Shown piece after piece: positions 7,802 to 17,390 of a stretch of 37,208 nucleotides of DNA. Position 1 is the first letter of the stretch, and the number at the start of each line of letters is the position of its first letter. The notes beneath the pieces were generated by a model. The model was not told the DNA's origin and made no database searches. It saw only the letters and a program-made list of their open reading frames with translations. Origin of the DNA: a virus; the IMG/VR virus record IMGVR_UViG_3300028886_000020, positions 1 through 37,208 of that record; one strand, 5' to 3'. Made by a program: the position numbers and the translations under genes.

Positions 7802-10390
7802 ATGAATGGAACTGTGTTAGAAAAGTTACAGGTAATTATATCTGCATCAACTAAGCCTCTTAGAGACGAATTGAAAAAGGTTAACAGTTCAGTAAAGAAT
7901 ACTGCTTCATCTGTCAATAAGCAGACAAGTGCAATTAGTGGTGCGTTTAAAAAGATAGGCGGTACTATTGCAGCTGCAATGTCAGTTAAGACTATAATAT
8001 CATTTGGCAAGAGTTGTATTGAATTAGGTTCAGATTTAGCAGAGGTTCAAAATGTAGTTGATGTTACTTTTGGAAAATCTTCAGAAGAGATAAATAAGTT
8101 TGCAAAAAATGCAATAACCCAATTCGGCTTATCAGAAACAAGTGCTAAGAGATATTCTTCAACTATGGGAGCAATGCTTAAAAGTATGGGAATAAGTTCA
8201 GATGCTGTACTGGATATGTCTAAAAATCTGACAGGTCTGTCAGCTGATATGGCATCTTTTTACAATCTTTCATCAGATGAGGCATTTGCAAAGATAAGGT
8301 CGGGGATAAGTGGAGAAACAGAACCACTTAAACAGCTTGGTATAAATATGTCGGTAGCAAATCTTGAGGCATATGCATTAAGTCAGGGGATTAATAAATC
8401 ATACAATTCAATGACACAGGCAGAGCAGGCTACACTCAGATATAACTATCTTCTTAGTGTAACAAAAGATGCACAGGGAGATTTTGCGAGAACATCAGAC
8501 AGTTGGGCTAACCAGACAAGAATACTTGCTGAATCATTTAATTCGGTAAAAGCAAGCATAGGCCAGGGATTAATAAATGTATTCACTCCTGTTATACGTA
8601 TCATTAACAAATTTATATCGAGACTTGCAGTGGCTGCACAGACATTTCAATCCTTTACGGAAAAGATATTTGGAAAGTCCGGCTCATCTTCGGCAGGTGG
8701 ACTTCCTTCGGAGCTATCTGACGCAGCAGATGAGACAGCAGACATGTCAAGTTCAATGGCAGATACGGCAAAATCGGCGCAAAAAGCAAAAGGTGCATTA
8801 GCCGGTTTTGATAAATTAAATAACAGATCAAGCAGTTCTGACAGCAGTTCAGGTGGAACAATGGGAGGAAGTTCAGGCGGAGCATATGCTTCGGCACTTG
8901 AAAATAGTGTTGATACAGATTCATTCGCTGATAAAACCGGAAAATCACTTGATAAGCTACAGGCTAAGATTAAGAAATTTACTAATATCTTTAAATCTAC
9001 TTTTGGAAGTACATTCAGTAAGATAGCAACAGATGGAAAAAGAAATTTCAATGTATTAAAGAACAACATAACAAGAGTATGGAGTGACTTAAAGACATTA
9101 AAGTCACCTATAAAGAACTGGTTTACAAATGACTATGTACCTTATCTTCAGACTATGGGTAATTACATAGCAGTTGAATTAGACAGTTGTGCACAGATAT
9201 TTAATACAGTATTTGGCTCTGTATGGAGTGATTTTATATTTCCGGTATTCTCCAACTTCATAACTGTTGGGCTTCCAATGATTACACAATTTAAAACTGA
9301 AGCACTTAATACAATGACTATATTTTGTCAAAATATGACAGATATATTCATTATGTTATGGCAAGAGGGTGTATCACCAGCATTGCAGACCTTATCAACG
9401 ATATGGACGGATACTGTTAATACTTTAGCTGATACGTGGAATACCTATGGACAAGCTATATTTGATGGAATAAACGAGGCAATAAATAATACTGCTAAGT
9501 TATTTAAGGAAACATGGGAAAAATGGATAAAACCTGTATGGGATAAATTCATTGAAACCATTAACAAAGTATGGAAGGACCATATGCAGCCATTCCTTGC
9601 AAATATATTATCGTTTGTGGCAGAAGTTATTGACTGTGGACTTATGATATATAACAACTTCATAGCACCTATAGTATCGTGGGTAGTTGACATATTAGCA
9701 CCTATTATAACAGGTGTTGCTAATGCAATATTTGATAAGATAAGCGTGGTCGTTGGAGGAATTATTGACTTTATAAACGGAATAATAACTACATTACGTG
9801 GAATTATAGAATTTATTAAAGGTGTATTTACCGGTGACTGGTCCTTAGCCTGGGACGGAATTAAGAACATATTTAAAGGAATATGGGATAGTTTCGTTGA
9901 ACTTGCAAAAGCACCGCTTAATTTGCTTATTGGAACAATTAATACATTTATAGCAGGTGCAGAAGGTGCAATTAATGTGCTTATTCGTGGCTTAAATCAC
10001 ATATCAATAGATGTGCCTGACTGGGTTCCTAAGATAGGTGGCAAAAAGTATGGCGTATCACTAAATGATGTAAGCTTTAGTCGGATAGAATATCTTGCTA
10101 AAGGTGGTGTGGTCAACTCACCAACGTTATCAGTTATTGGTGAAGCAGGTAGGGAAGCTGTAGTACCACTTGAGAATAATACAGGCTGGATGGATAAGTT
10201 AGCAACATATCTTTCGGCTAAGATGGATAACACAGGCGTTATTAATGCTATAAATAATCTGACTAAAGTTGTAGGTGATGGAAACATATATCTTACAGCA
10301 GAAATGGACGGCGATATTGTGTATAAGAGTGTAGTAAAGCGTAACAAACAGCATATCAAACAGACAGGAAAGTCAGAGTTTGTATATTAA
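7802..10390 (+). CDS. Tail tape measure protein
   Basis: 862 aa, with a TP901-type core (SETSAKRYSSTMGAMLKSMG, LKQLGINMSVANLEAYAL), an S/G-rich linker and hydrophobic repeat segments. Synteny supports the call. Confidence 0.9.
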   Translation: MNGTVLEKLQVIISASTKPLRDELKKVNSSVKNTASSVNKQTSAISGAFKKIGGTIAAAMSVKTIISFGKSCIELGSDLAEVQNVVDVTFGKSSEEINKFAKNAITQFGLSETSAKRYSSTMGAMLKSMGISSDAVLDMSKNLTGLSADMASFYNLSSDEAFAKIRSGISGETEPLKQLGINMSVANLEAYALSQGINKSYNSMTQAEQATLRYNYLLSVTKDAQGDFARTSDSWANQTRILAESFNSVKASIGQGLINVFTPVIRIINKFISRLAVAAQTFQSFTEKIFGKSGSSSAGGLPSELSDAADETADMSSSMADTAKSAQKAKGALAGFDKLNNRSSSSDSSSGGTMGGSSGGAYASALENSVDTDSFADKTGKSLDKLQAKIKKFTNIFKSTFGSTFSKIATDGKRNFNVLKNNITRVWSDLKTLKSPIKNWFTNDYVPYLQTMGNYIAVELDSCAQIFNTVFGSVWSDFIFPVFSNFITVGLPMITQFKTEALNTMTIFCQNMTDIFIMLWQEGVSPALQTLSTIWTDTVNTLADTWNTYGQAIFDGINEAINNTAKLFKETWEKWIKPVWDKFIETINKVWKDHMQPFLANILSFVAEVIDCGLMIYNNFIAPIVSWVVDILAPIITGVANAIFDKISVVVGGIIDFINGIITTLRGIIEFIKGVFTGDWSLAWDGIKNIFKGIWDSFVELAKAPLNLLIGTINTFIAGAEGAINVLIRGLNHISIDVPDWVPKIGGKKYGVSLNDVSFSRIEYLAKGGVVNSPTLSVIGEAGREAVVPLENNTGWMDKLATYLSAKMDNTGVINAINNLTKVVGDGNIYLTAEMDGDIVYKSVVKRNKQHIKQTGKSEFVY

Positions 10391-10394
10391 GATT

Positions 10395-10428
10395 AAGGTG
10401 TCAGAAGTCATATATCTTTTGACACCTT
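10395..10428 (+). promoter_or_regulatory. 9-bp stem hairpin between the tape measure and baseplate genes (no U-tract)
   Basis: AAGGTGTCA (10395-10403) pairs with TGACACCTT (10420-10428), enclosing a 16-nt loop. Confidence 0.5.
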
Positions 10429-10449
10429 AAATATATGGAGGAATAGGTT

Positions 10450-10842
10450 ATGTCTAATAAATTCAAAGGATATTTATTAAAAGTGGGTTCCACTATATTT
10501 CCGAACGATTATATATCACTTGAATCGTGGGGAAGTAAACCCGACCAGAGAACTGATGAAGACAGTTATACAGACGGAAATGGAGAACTGGTTAGAAACA
10601 TCCTGCCACATACGAGAACGAGTATAACGTTTGAGACAATAGATGGATTGCATCTTGACGAGAAAATTGAAGTGCAGTCTTTTATCAATCGAAATAATAC
10701 TACATGTGAATATTGGAATGACGAGATTAATGATTACAAGCAGGGTAAGTTCTATGTAGCTGATCCGGAATTTCCAATTAAGAATGTGACGGATGATGAC
10801 ATTATTTATGGAAAGATAAAGTTCGAAATAATCGAATACTAG
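10450..10842 (+). CDS. Putative distal tail protein (short, 130 aa)
   Basis: Position directly after the tape measure gene. RBS GGAGGA. Shorter than classical Dit proteins. Confidence 0.45.
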   Translation: MSNKFKGYLLKVGSTIFPNDYISLESWGSKPDQRTDEDSYTDGNGELVRNILPHTRTSITFETIDGLHLDEKIEVQSFINRNNTTCEYWNDEINDYKQGKFYVADPEFPIKNVTDDDIIYGKIKFEIIEY

Positions 10843-10855
10843 GAAGTGAGGAAAT

Positions 10856-13800
10856 ATGATTAGTGTTGCAGATGAAATCAAGAAGTTATACAAAAAGGTC
10901 AATTCAAATGAAGTGACAAAAGATTATAAAATATCAATAAATGATGGAGCGGTAAACCTCAGTAATAAAGATTTGGTTTATGGTTCTTTTAAATTAGAGC
11001 ATAAGTTATGTTCTACTGACACGCTTACTTTTGGTGAATGTAATGCTGCAATGGTACAGTTTCAATGTGCAAGCAGTATTGGAGATGTAAAAGGCAAAGA
11101 ATTAGTATTGCAGCAGAGTATTTCTTCAGACTCAACATCAGGAACATTGGACTTAGGAGTATATGTAATAGACAGTTGTGAGATTACAGAAAACAAGAAA
11201 TACAGAACCATAACTGCATATGATAATATTTACAAATTTAATGCAAATGTTTCAGATTGGTATGAAAAGCTTACATTTCCTATTTCAATGATAAATATGT
11301 TTAAAAGTTTATGCACATATGTAGGTGTAAAACATAATGTGAGTAGTCTGATTAATGGCACATTAATGATAGATAAGACTATATCAGCAGATGATTTACA
11401 GGGAATAACAGTATTAAAATGTATAGCTGAATTAAATGGCGGCTTCTTTAGGGCGAATGGAAAAGGCATTATAGAATTTGTGCAGTTATCTGCTAATACA
11501 GCACAGGAAGAAATTGAAGTAAAGTTATATAGTAGTCTTAAGAAAGAAGATTATGCAACGCTTGTATATGACAAGCTGAACATCAGAATGGAAGATGGAG
11601 ATATAGGTGTAATTTCCGGAAGCGGTGATAACGCATACATTATTGAGGATAACTTTCTTATATATGGTAAAGGCAGTGCATTATTACAACCAGTATCAGA
11701 TAAGATTTTCAATGTTATTAAGAATATATCTTATGTGCCATTTACAAGTACACAGATAGGACTTCCATATATTCAGGTTGGAGATTATATCAAATATGAT
11801 ACGTTAACTGGTTCATTTAGTAGTTTCATATTAACACGAACCCTAACAGGAACGCAGATATTAAAAGATACTATAGAGACAAAAGGAACAGAGAAAACCT
11901 GTGAGACATTTGGTGTACAAAAAGAGATTATTAAGCTAAAAGGCAAGTCAAACGTACTCACAAGAAGTATCGAAGAGACTAAACAGATCATATCTGATTT
12001 AGATACAAAGCTGACAGATAACTACTCAACTACAACAGATATGAAATCTGCCATAGAGCAGTCGGCATCAGGCATAAAGCAGGAAGTAAGCAAAAATTAT
12101 CAGAGTATTGCACGTGCTAAAAGTGATTTGAAAGAAGCTAAATCATATGCAGATGAAGTTGGGAGTAATGTAGATACTAAAGCAAAAGGTTATGCAGATA
12201 CAGCTGAAACTAATGCAAAGAACGATACACTAGCAAAATTAAAAGCATATTCAACGACAGCACAGATGAATACAGCCATATCACAGTCTGCTGACAGTAT
12301 AAAGCTAGAAGTAAATAAAGAGACGGATATAAAGTTAGAAGAGGTTGTATCAAATATAGATATTGGTGCTACAAATCTTTTGGCTGGTTCAATAATCTAT
12401 CAGGAAAATACTAAGCTGGCTATAACCGCTACAAAGAATACATACTATGAAAATCACAAAGAAATATATGCAGACCTTAAAGAAAATGAAACTTACACAG
12501 TAAACTGTCAGTCAGATGCAGCCTGGGGAACTGAAACCATATCAGCGGAGCTGATGTGTACAAACGAAGAAATTGTTAACAAAGTACGTCTGTTTACTTT
12601 ATATACTAATTATCAGTATTCACAGACAAATATTGATAAATATTCGGCAGTTGGTTATGCAGGTAAATGGACTTGCAGAGTTGTTGGAAATCTGAAAGTA
12701 AATGATATAGCAAGAATACTTGTATATAACACTACTACTAAAACTAACAACTATATATTAACTAGGGTTACAAGCGTAGCCTCGGATAATAAATCAGTAA
12801 CGTCAGTAAGTTTAGGTACTTGTATGACAACGTATAATATTCCACTCTTGATTTCGGGATATTCTTACAATCAGGCTGGAATAGACAAATATTCAGCAGC
12901 AGATTATAGTGGTGCATGGATAGTTACAAGCGTGTCAGGAATAACCGGCAACAATATAGTTCGTATAAGGCTATATAACAGCACAACAAAGGAGTACAAT
13001 TATATATTTGCAAAAGTTACAAAGATAAATGCTGATGAGAAAAAGATAACCGCAACATCATTAGGTGCTTGTGTAGTAAGTTCGGTTGGTGGAATAGTCT
13101 GTAAGACAAATGACACAGTATCTTTAAAATGCAGAGCTTCAGGTGGTGCATCTGAACTTAGATATAAGTATGAAGGAAAAATAGTTAGCAATGGTGATGT
13201 GGTAACACTTCAGGATTGGTCTGACAACGATAGCTATTCATACACGCCTGTAACATTTTCAGGTGGTTTGGATATTACAGTAAGCATAAAAGATAAAGGT
13301 GACAATGTTGTTACATCAAATACAATAAGATTATTTGTAAATATAGCTGATGATGGTAGTGGTTATCAGTACCCATCAAATGTTACGGTTGTCGATACAA
13401 TTAAAGCCTGGCTGGTGGATAACGCTGATAGCAATAATTCAATAAAGATATATCCCACACCTTGCACATTCAAATGTATTAAGTCAGGAAGATATTATAT
13501 GAGTCTGGGTGTTAATAAGAATGGCAGCACTCATTTATTCTGGAACTTTAAATTAGAAAAAGGTAATAAGGCGACAGACTGGTCTCCATCACCATACGAC
13601 ATCAATAGTAAATTTAATGACTATAGCAGTAAAGAAGAGACAAAGTCAGCCATAGAAGCGGCATCAGATAACATCAATCTTTCAGTTACCAAAAAGATTA
13701 GCGAAACAAATTCGGGAAATCTTGATGAAAAAGAAGGTTATGAGCTGATAAGTAATGCCACGCAGAAAAGTTATTGTGTACTTGATTATATAAAAGGATA

Positions 13801-15823
13801 TACTACACAGTCAGCTACACCAACGTCTGATAAGTCTGTTGATATTCAGAATATGCCATCCACATTTGATATTGTATCTGAAAACAAAGATAAAAGTGAG
13901 ACCTCTAAGGCACATATAGAACTTGCAAGTGAATTGTGCGCAGGCGAAAGCATCATAAAAGCTGAAAAGGATATTACAGTTAGTGGAAAGACAGTCAAAA
14001 AAGGTGACTGGTATATTCAAAGATGTGTTAATAAGCTGAAATTCAATTATGAAGATAATATTTCATTACTAAAAAATGTTGGAACATATAATTGTTATGA
14101 AATAACACCTAAGACTGTAATATATCCTAAAGAAAATATGGTCCAATATAGCAATAAATATAAATATTTATATGATGGATCAGCAGACGTTGAACATTTC
14201 TATGTATCAAAACTAAATGGTCATATATATGTGTTTGATACCGCTACAGATGAGGCAGCGTTTAAATCGAAGTTAGCAGCTAAAGCACTTGAAGTAGAAT
14301 ATCAGAGCGCCACTACTTCATACGAGATACTAAGTGATGATTCACAGGCAGCTATGCATAATGTAGTCACATATGCAGATTATACAAAAATATATGTTAA
14401 TCTGACAACTAAACCATATATAAAAGGTATATTCAAGAGTGCATTATACGGAGAAACAGTTGAATCAAAAGCAGAAATCGATATGCAGAGTAAATGTATA
14501 GTGCTTAAAGTTGATAGTAATGGAAATGTTGTAAGTGTAGCTATCGGAGAAGATGCCAAAGATGGAAATGTTGTAAAGATTAGTGGAAATATGGTTGTTG
14601 GAGGTCAGATTAAGTCTAATAATTATAAAACAAATGTAGCAGGTATGTTATTAGATTTAATAGCAGGAAATATATATACTCCATCACTAAAGGTAACACA
14701 ACAAAATGGTGTTGAAATTTCAAGTGTTGATACGAAAACTACAACAGATTCTGATGGATATGTATGGAACAACAGTTCGCAAACAACTCAGAAACTAATA
14801 AAATTTAATAAACAAGGAGATAGAAATACAGGAGATCAACATATTTCTATACAAACACAACTTGGAAATGGAATACCTTTTCTTTATGCCGATGGAAAAC
14901 CTGTCGGAAATGACATAGGATTGGGATTTGCTAAAATGTATTATGGAACAGTACCAAGCACAACAACAAAGTATAATCAAGTAATGTATGTAAAAATGGG
15001 TTTTAACACTAATGATAATTTTGAAATACAAGCATTAGGTTATGGCGGTGCAAGTGTTCCGGAACTTGAATTTGGAGTGGTAAATGTAGGTACATTAAAG
15101 CAGGCATATGGAGGACCTATATGGGTAGATAATCCACTTAATTTCAGAAAACAGAAATATCCTCAATTGTATGGAAATGGTACTGTATTGCAAATAAGCC
15201 ATAGTGACGATTCTACATTAGGATTAATATGTGAAAAAGCGGCTATACGTCCAGCAGGTAATGCTACACAATCTTTAGGAACATCATCAAAGAGATTTTC
15301 AACAGTATATGCGGCATCTTCGGTTATATCTACCTCAGATAAGAATAAAAAGCATGATATTAAGATGTTGAATGATGAAACAGTTACAAAAATTATTAGA
15401 AATTGTATCCCAAAGTCATATAAATTTGATGATGGTACATCAAACAGAACTCATACAGGCTTGATAGCACAGGATATTGAAAAGTTGCTTGAAGAATTAG
15501 AGATAGATACAAGAGATTTTGCTGCATTCATAAAATCTCCAAAAGTTAATGAAGTAAAAGAAATTATAAAAGATAAAGAGGGCAAAGACGTTGAAATAAT
15601 AAAGCAAGTGGTCATTGAAAATGAATACGACTATGCATTAAGGTATGAAGAATTTATATCTCCACTCATAAGATTTGTGCAGCTACAAGATAAAGAAATA
15701 TCTGCAATGAAAGAAACATTAAAACAACAGCAGCAGAGCATTGACGAACTGACAGAACTTGTTAAGAAACTGCTTCCTGATAACATAGATAATTTATCAG
15801 AAAGTGAGGTGAGTGAGGAATGA
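10856..15823 (+). CDS. Tail-associated / tail fibre (receptor-binding) protein, 1655 aa, with a C-terminal S74-type intramolecular chaperone domain
   Basis: The N-terminal region resembles phage minor structural protein / Tal. There is a coiled-coil repeat region (STTTDMKSAIEQSASGIKQEVSK ... STTAQMNTAISQSADSIKLEVNKE), duplicated approximately 76-aa modules, and a C-terminus TSDKNKKHDIK...THTGLIAQDIEKLL typical of Peptidase_S74 chaperones. Confidence 0.85.
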   Translation: MISVADEIKKLYKKVNSNEVTKDYKISINDGAVNLSNKDLVYGSFKLEHKLCSTDTLTFGECNAAMVQFQCASSIGDVKGKELVLQQSISSDSTSGTLDLGVYVIDSCEITENKKYRTITAYDNIYKFNANVSDWYEKLTFPISMINMFKSLCTYVGVKHNVSSLINGTLMIDKTISADDLQGITVLKCIAELNGGFFRANGKGIIEFVQLSANTAQEEIEVKLYSSLKKEDYATLVYDKLNIRMEDGDIGVISGSGDNAYIIEDNFLIYGKGSALLQPVSDKIFNVIKNISYVPFTSTQIGLPYIQVGDYIKYDTLTGSFSSFILTRTLTGTQILKDTIETKGTEKTCETFGVQKEIIKLKGKSNVLTRSIEETKQIISDLDTKLTDNYSTTTDMKSAIEQSASGIKQEVSKNYQSIARAKSDLKEAKSYADEVGSNVDTKAKGYADTAETNAKNDTLAKLKAYSTTAQMNTAISQSADSIKLEVNKETDIKLEEVVSNIDIGATNLLAGSIIYQENTKLAITATKNTYYENHKEIYADLKENETYTVNCQSDAAWGTETISAELMCTNEEIVNKVRLFTLYTNYQYSQTNIDKYSAVGYAGKWTCRVVGNLKVNDIARILVYNTTTKTNNYILTRVTSVASDNKSVTSVSLGTCMTTYNIPLLISGYSYNQAGIDKYSAADYSGAWIVTSVSGITGNNIVRIRLYNSTTKEYNYIFAKVTKINADEKKITATSLGACVVSSVGGIVCKTNDTVSLKCRASGGASELRYKYEGKIVSNGDVVTLQDWSDNDSYSYTPVTFSGGLDITVSIKDKGDNVVTSNTIRLFVNIADDGSGYQYPSNVTVVDTIKAWLVDNADSNNSIKIYPTPCTFKCIKSGRYYMSLGVNKNGSTHLFWNFKLEKGNKATDWSPSPYDINSKFNDYSSKEETKSAIEAASDNINLSVTKKISETNSGNLDEKEGYELISNATQKSYCVLDYIKGYTTQSATPTSDKSVDIQNMPSTFDIVSENKDKSETSKAHIELASELCAGESIIKAEKDITVSGKTVKKGDWYIQRCVNKLKFNYEDNISLLKNVGTYNCYEITPKTVIYPKENMVQYSNKYKYLYDGSADVEHFYVSKLNGHIYVFDTATDEAAFKSKLAAKALEVEYQSATTSYEILSDDSQAAMHNVVTYADYTKIYVNLTTKPYIKGIFKSALYGETVESKAEIDMQSKCIVLKVDSNGNVVSVAIGEDAKDGNVVKISGNMVVGGQIKSNNYKTNVAGMLLDLIAGNIYTPSLKVTQQNGVEISSVDTKTTTDSDGYVWNNSSQTTQKLIKFNKQGDRNTGDQHISIQTQLGNGIPFLYADGKPVGNDIGLGFAKMYYGTVPSTTTKYNQVMYVKMGFNTNDNFEIQALGYGGASVPELEFGVVNVGTLKQAYGGPIWVDNPLNFRKQKYPQLYGNGTVLQISHSDDSTLGLICEKAAIRPAGNATQSLGTSSKRFSTVYAASSVISTSDKNKKHDIKMLNDETVTKIIRNCIPKSYKFDDGTSNRTHTGLIAQDIEKLLEELEIDTRDFAAFIKSPKVNEVKEIIKDKEGKDVEIIKQVVIENEYDYALRYEEFISPLIRFVQLQDKEISAMKETLKQQQQSIDELTELVKKLLPDNIDNLSESEVSEE

Positions 15824-16101
15824 CTATAGCTATTGTAATCAGTATTATTTCATTAATTATAACGACCTATTTTGCTTATAAAAATTCAAATAGGCAAGAT
15901 AATGAGACTACAGAAGAAAAAGTCAAAGAACAGGCAATAATCAACGTCAAACTTGATACTATTGCAACAGATGTCAGAGATATTAAATATGATATATCAG
16001 AGACTAAAAGGCAGGTACAGGAACACGACAAAGCAATTGCATTACTTAATAATTCAGTTAAATCATTGCATCACAGATTAGATGAAAGAAAGGAAGAGTG
16101 A
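15820..16101 (+). CDS. Lysis-cassette membrane protein (N-terminal TM plus coiled coil)
   Basis: ATGA overlap with the fibre gene. TM segment IAIVISIISLIITTYFAY is followed by a charged helical region. The gene precedes the holin. Confidence 0.6.
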   Translation: MTIAIVISIISLIITTYFAYKNSNRQDNETTEEKVKEQAIINVKLDTIATDVRDIKYDISETKRQVQEHDKAIALLNNSVKSLHHRLDERKEE

Positions 16102-16106
16102 AGATT

Positions 16107-16304
16107 ATGAGAGAAACAACAAAGAAATGGATTAAGGCAGCAGGTGTAAGAGCAGTAAAGACAGTAGCACAGACAGCCATTGCTACAATTGGTACATCAG
16201 CGGTAATAAGTGACGTTAACTGGGTGGTAGTTGTAAGTGCATCTGTATTAGCAGGTGTATTATCAATCTTAACCAGTGTAGCAGGCATTCCGGAAGTACA
16301 GTAG
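16107..16304 (+). CDS. Holin, r1t-type
   Basis: MRETTKKWIKAAGVRAVKTVAQTAIATIG...VLAGVLSILTSVAGIPEV closely follows the Lactococcus r1t holin pattern (ERAIKTFAQ...SILTS..GIP). RBS AGGAAGAG. Confidence 0.8.
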   Translation: MRETTKKWIKAAGVRAVKTVAQTAIATIGTSAVISDVNWVVVVSASVLAGVLSILTSVAGIPEVQ

Positions 16305-16377
16305 TAAAAATTGCAACAGAGTCATATATCTATTTATGTGGTTCTGTTGCAGCAAATAATGAATGGAGGAAGATAAT

Positions 16378-17307
16378 ATGGCATCATATAATTATATAAA
16401 GAATTTAACTCTTGTGAACAGAACTGTAAAATCAGCAAGAAATATTAAATATATAGTGATCCATTACACAGGTAATGATACAGATACGGCTAAGGCAAAT
16501 GCGAACTACTTTAAGAATTCCAATCGTAATGCATCAGCACATTATTTTGTTGATGAAGAAAATGTGTGTCAGGTTGTTGAGGATAAGGATGTTGCCTGGG
16601 CTGTTGGAAGAAATTATGGTAGCAATAACCTTTTTGGAACAGTAACTAATGATAATTCCATATCAATAGAAATGTGTTCTAAAAATGGTAAAATTGCAGA
16701 TAAGACATTTAATAATACTGTAGAATTAACAAAACAGTTGATGAAGAAGTATAACATATCTGCTTCAAATGTAGTAAGACACTTTGATGTATGTTCAAAG
16801 AAGTGTCCTGGCTGGTTAGGTTGGGGAACAGGATCTGGTGGTTCAGAGCATTGGCAGAACTTTAAGAAAGCTATATCTGCATCAGATAATGTGGTAATCA
16901 AATATAAAGGTCATTGCCAAACTCTAGGAGATACTGCGATAGTTAAAAATGGTGAAGTCTGTGGAACTACGGGTAGAGCATTAAGACTTGAAGCATTAAG
17001 TATAGTTGGATTGGACAATGCACCAGGCATTGGTGTAGCAGGACAGGCACACGTACAGGGTATAGGCTGGCAGGGACAAGTTATATTTAATGGTAGTAAT
17101 TACATAGGAACAAAGGGAAAAGCTCTCAGAATGGAAGCAATAAAATTATCGCTTTGCGGTAGCAATGCAAGTAAATATATCATCAAATATAGAGTTCATA
17201 TGCAGGGACTAGGTTGGGGAGCTTGGGTTACAAATGGCAACGTGGCAGGTACAACAGGTCAGAAAAGACGTATCGAAGCGGTTCAGATTGTGCTTGAAAA
17301 AAGATAA
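16378..17307 (+). CDS. Endolysin: N-acetylmuramoyl-L-alanine amidase (Amidase_2/PGRP) with three C-terminal ChW-like repeats
   Basis: Amidase motifs IVIHYTGN, SAHYFVD, SIEMCS and RHFDV..KKCPG. The C-terminal repeats are G.GW..WV.NG..AGTTG...R.EA..I. GGAGGA RBS lies before the ATG at 16378. Confidence 0.9.
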   Translation: MASYNYIKNLTLVNRTVKSARNIKYIVIHYTGNDTDTAKANANYFKNSNRNASAHYFVDEENVCQVVEDKDVAWAVGRNYGSNNLFGTVTNDNSISIEMCSKNGKIADKTFNNTVELTKQLMKKYNISASNVVRHFDVCSKKCPGWLGWGTGSGGSEHWQNFKKAISASDNVVIKYKGHCQTLGDTAIVKNGEVCGTTGRALRLEALSIVGLDNAPGIGVAGQAHVQGIGWQGQVIFNGSNYIGTKGKALRMEAIKLSLCGSNASKYIIKYRVHMQGLGWGAWVTNGNVAGTTGQKRRIEAVQIVLEKR

Positions 17308-17344
17308 TTTTTAAGAAAATCTCACTTGATTTAATTAATAATCG

Positions 17345-17390
17345 TTTCCAACATTAATGCGCCAGTTCTTCAGTACATTGATGTTGGAAA
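17345..17390. other. Candidate attP core: imperfect 15-bp inverted repeat around a 16-bp spacer, abutting the integrase stop codon
   Basis: TTTCCAACATTAATG (17345-17359) pairs with CATTGATGTTGGAAA (17376-17390) with one mismatch. There is no flanking U-tract on either strand. Confidence 0.4.

Noticed and set aside
8690-8890. Ser/Gly-rich low-complexity stretch, with overlapping alternative-frame ORFs (8577..8801 and 8655..8948), in the tape measure gene
   Set aside because: It is a compositional linker typical of tape measure proteins. The overlapping ORFs are frame artefacts.
10856-15823. Diversity-generating retroelement targeting the tail fibre
   Set aside because: No reverse transcriptase gene is present in the genome. 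No near-identical template/variable repeat pair was seen. The internal repeats are diverged protein-level duplications.
17345-17390. Bidirectional intrinsic terminator between the endolysin and integrase genes
   Set aside because: The stem is good, but neither strand has a U-tract after it. The attP-like dyad interpretation is preferred, although a barrier role cannot be excluded.
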